From NCBI GenBank assembly GCA_905236965.1, contig CAJOQR010000033.1:1-59924 (forward strand): a stretch of 59,924 nt of DNA. The letters are read 5' to 3'. The translations under genes were made by a program, and so were the position numbers. The stretch comes from an uncultured Acholeplasmatales bacterium. GTDB lineage: Bacteria; Bacillota_I; Bacilli_A; Acholeplasmatales; Anaeroplasmataceae. Within the stretch, counting starts at the first letter, position 1. The number at the start of each line of letters is the position of its first letter. Shown here in pieces: positions 58,509 through 59,924 of this stretch. The notes beneath the pieces are model-generated. The model did not search any database, was not told the DNA's origin, and saw only the letters and a list, made by a program, of their open reading frames with translations.

Positions 58509-59001
58509 TGGATTAAATAATGGTACTATGGTTCAAGAAAGTATTTGGGCTGATGGAGTAGTGCCTAAAGATGTAGATGATAAATTTAAATTTTCTATTA
58601 AAGATTTAATAATGATGTGCAATGATTTTATAGAAAAAGTTTTTATTGCCCAAAATGGTTTTAAATTAGAAGGACATTCAGCAGAGCCTAATGCATTACC
58701 AAATATTATAATGTCAAAGGATGATAAAAAATATGCTATTGCTGTTGTTCCATCTGTTTTTCCTAAGGGCTCTTTATTAAAACCAGATGTAAAAATGGCT
58801 TTTTATAATAAAGCAAAAGAAAATGGAGCAATACCTTTATATACACCTGTTGTTTTAGCAAGTAAAGATCCTGCAAGAAGACAAGCTGAATGCTTGTTAA
58901 AAGGCGATATTATATCTTTTTTATGGAAAGGTTTTATTATTTTAAATGATGATCCTAATCAAGATTTAAAAGATCAATCAAAAATGACTAAAGAATTATA
59001 A
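58498..59001 (+). CDS. hypothetical protein
   Basis: 167-aa ORF with GAGG SD, overlapping upstream stop. Confidence 0.7.
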   Translation: MENNGLNNGTMVQESIWADGVVPKDVDDKFKFSIKDLIMMCNDFIEKVFIAQNGFKLEGHSAEPNALPNIIMSKDDKKYAIAVVPSVFPKGSLLKPDVKMAFYNKAKENGAIPLYTPVVLASKDPARRQAECLLKGDIISFLWKGFIILNDDPNQDLKDQSKMTKEL

Positions 59002-59077
59002 TTTTTGTTATAAATGTTATATAAAATAAAAAAATATTTGACTATTTATTATAAATATTTTATAATACTTTTGTTGT

Positions 59078-59140
59078 AACATGCACCACTTAGAAATGGT
59101 TTAAAATGGATAAAATCCTACCATAATAGTGTGTCTTATA
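59078..59140 (+). promoter_or_regulatory. probable L21-leader-type structured RNA
   Basis: Downstream of TTGACT-17 bp-TATAAT; nested pairings GCAC.ACT/AGTGTGT, ATGGT/ACCAT, GGAT/ATCC directly upstream of rplU. Confidence 0.5.
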
Positions 59141-59159
59141 AAAAAGGAGGTAATACGAC

Positions 59160-59468
59160 ATGTACGCAATCGTTGAAACTGGTGGAAAGCAAGTTAAAGC
59201 TGTAGTAGGTGAAACTATTTTTGTTGAAAAATTAGATGTAGCTGAAGGTGAAACATATACTTTCGATAAGGTTTTATTAGTATCAGGTGATGAAACTAAA
59301 GTTGGTGCTCCTTATGTTAAAGGTGCTACTGTAACTGCTAAGGTTGAAAAGCAAGGAAGAGGCAAGAAAATTGTTATTTTCAAGTATCGTCCTAAAAAGC
59401 ATTCAGCTTCTAAAAAGGGTCATCGTCAATCTTATACTAAATTAACTATTGAAGCAATTAATGCTTAA
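59160..59468 (+). CDS. rplU: 50S ribosomal protein L21
   Basis: [20 protein letters not shown]. Confidence 0.98.
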   Translation: MYAIVETGGKQVKAVVGETIFVEKLDVAEGETYTFDKVLLVSGDETKVGAPYVKGATVTAKVEKQGRGKKIVIFKYRPKKHSASKKGHRQSYTKLTIEAINA

Positions 59469-59473
59469 AGAAA

Positions 59474-59785
59474 ATGACTTTTTATAGAGTTGTTCGTAAA
59501 GAAAATGAATCATTATTAGAAGTTAGTGGACATGCAGGCTTTGGACCAAAGGGTGAAGATATTGTATGTGCATCAATTTCTACTGCATGTATAATGACTG
59601 CAAATCTAATAGACAAAATGAAAGAAAAAAGTTACAACATATTGGATGCAGTTTGTGAAGAAGGATATTTTAGGCTACAAGTTAAGACAAATGATTTAGT
59701 TATTAATGATATTTTTGAAAATTTGGTTGATACTTTAGATGCCTTACAAAAAGAATATCCAGCTTATTTAAAAATTAAAAACTAG
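59474..59785 (+). CDS. prp: ribosomal-processing cysteine protease Prp
   Basis: GHAG...DIVCASIS; lies between rplU and rpmA. Confidence 0.93.
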   Translation: MTFYRVVRKENESLLEVSGHAGFGPKGEDIVCASISTACIMTANLIDKMKEKSYNILDAVCEEGYFRLQVKTNDLVINDIFENLVDTLDALQKEYPAYLKIKN

Positions 59786-59798
59786 GAGGATATTAATT

Positions 59799-59924
59799 AT
59801 GTTATTTAATCTTAATATTCAATTATTCGCATCTAAAAAGGGTGTTTCTTCAACAAAGAACGGCCGTGATTCAGAAGCTAAGCGTTTAGGTGCTAAAGCA
59901 TCTGATGGCGAATTTGTAACTGCT
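59799..59924 (+). CDS. rpmA: 50S ribosomal protein L27 with Prp-cleaved N-terminal extension, 3'-truncated by window edge
   Basis: [31 protein letters not shown]. Confidence 0.97.
   Translation, partial: MLFNLNIQLFASKKGVSSTKNGRDSEAKRLGAKASDGEFVTA

Noticed and set aside
1-59924. CRISPR array, IS element, prophage, rRNA, or UGA=Trp recoding
   Set aside because: No repeat-spacer array, transposase or phage hallmark gene seen; TGA terminates carB, dxs, nusB and others at expected lengths

Overview
Very AT-rich, gene-dense bacterial chromosome segment read in the standard code (TGA acts as stop, TGG as Trp). The Firmicutes-like gene set, an Acholeplasma-MGS-like glycolipid synthase, a CIRCE-like site before lon and tig adjacent to lon without clpP/clpX suggest an anaerobic Acholeplasmatales/Anaeroplasma-like Mollicute; this taxonomy is inference. 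Housekeeping content: end of the pyr operon, dxs, uppS-ispH-mntP, nusB-xseAB-tlyA-recN, dinB-cshB, glgA-glgC, argS with glycolipid genes, tRNA-Leu(CAA), tig, lon, phoH, split fumarase plus malic enzyme, cysE, potABCD and rplU-prp-rpmA. An accessory stretch at about 25-37.8 kb holds a GT-C-like membrane protein, a permuted GH3, a GGDEF protein, a stand-alone FakA middle domain, a lipoprotein, an ATP-grasp protein and a superoxide reductase. No IS, integrase or CRISPR array was seen. Best candidates for novelty: (1) an ~880-aa polytopic membrane protein with a long acidic tether ending in a DUF5655-like domain and a ribosomal-protein uL15-like domain, preceded by 22-bp-periodic repeats; (2) a recurring non-canonical translation-initiation layout at uppS, tig and potA, where the SD lies ~40 nt from the start, bridged by a hairpin and/or a tiny upstream ORF, with a riboswitch-like potA leader; (3) a lipoprotein whose full signal peptide begins at an ATA codon. 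Family assignments come from motif recognition by eye, not from database searches.
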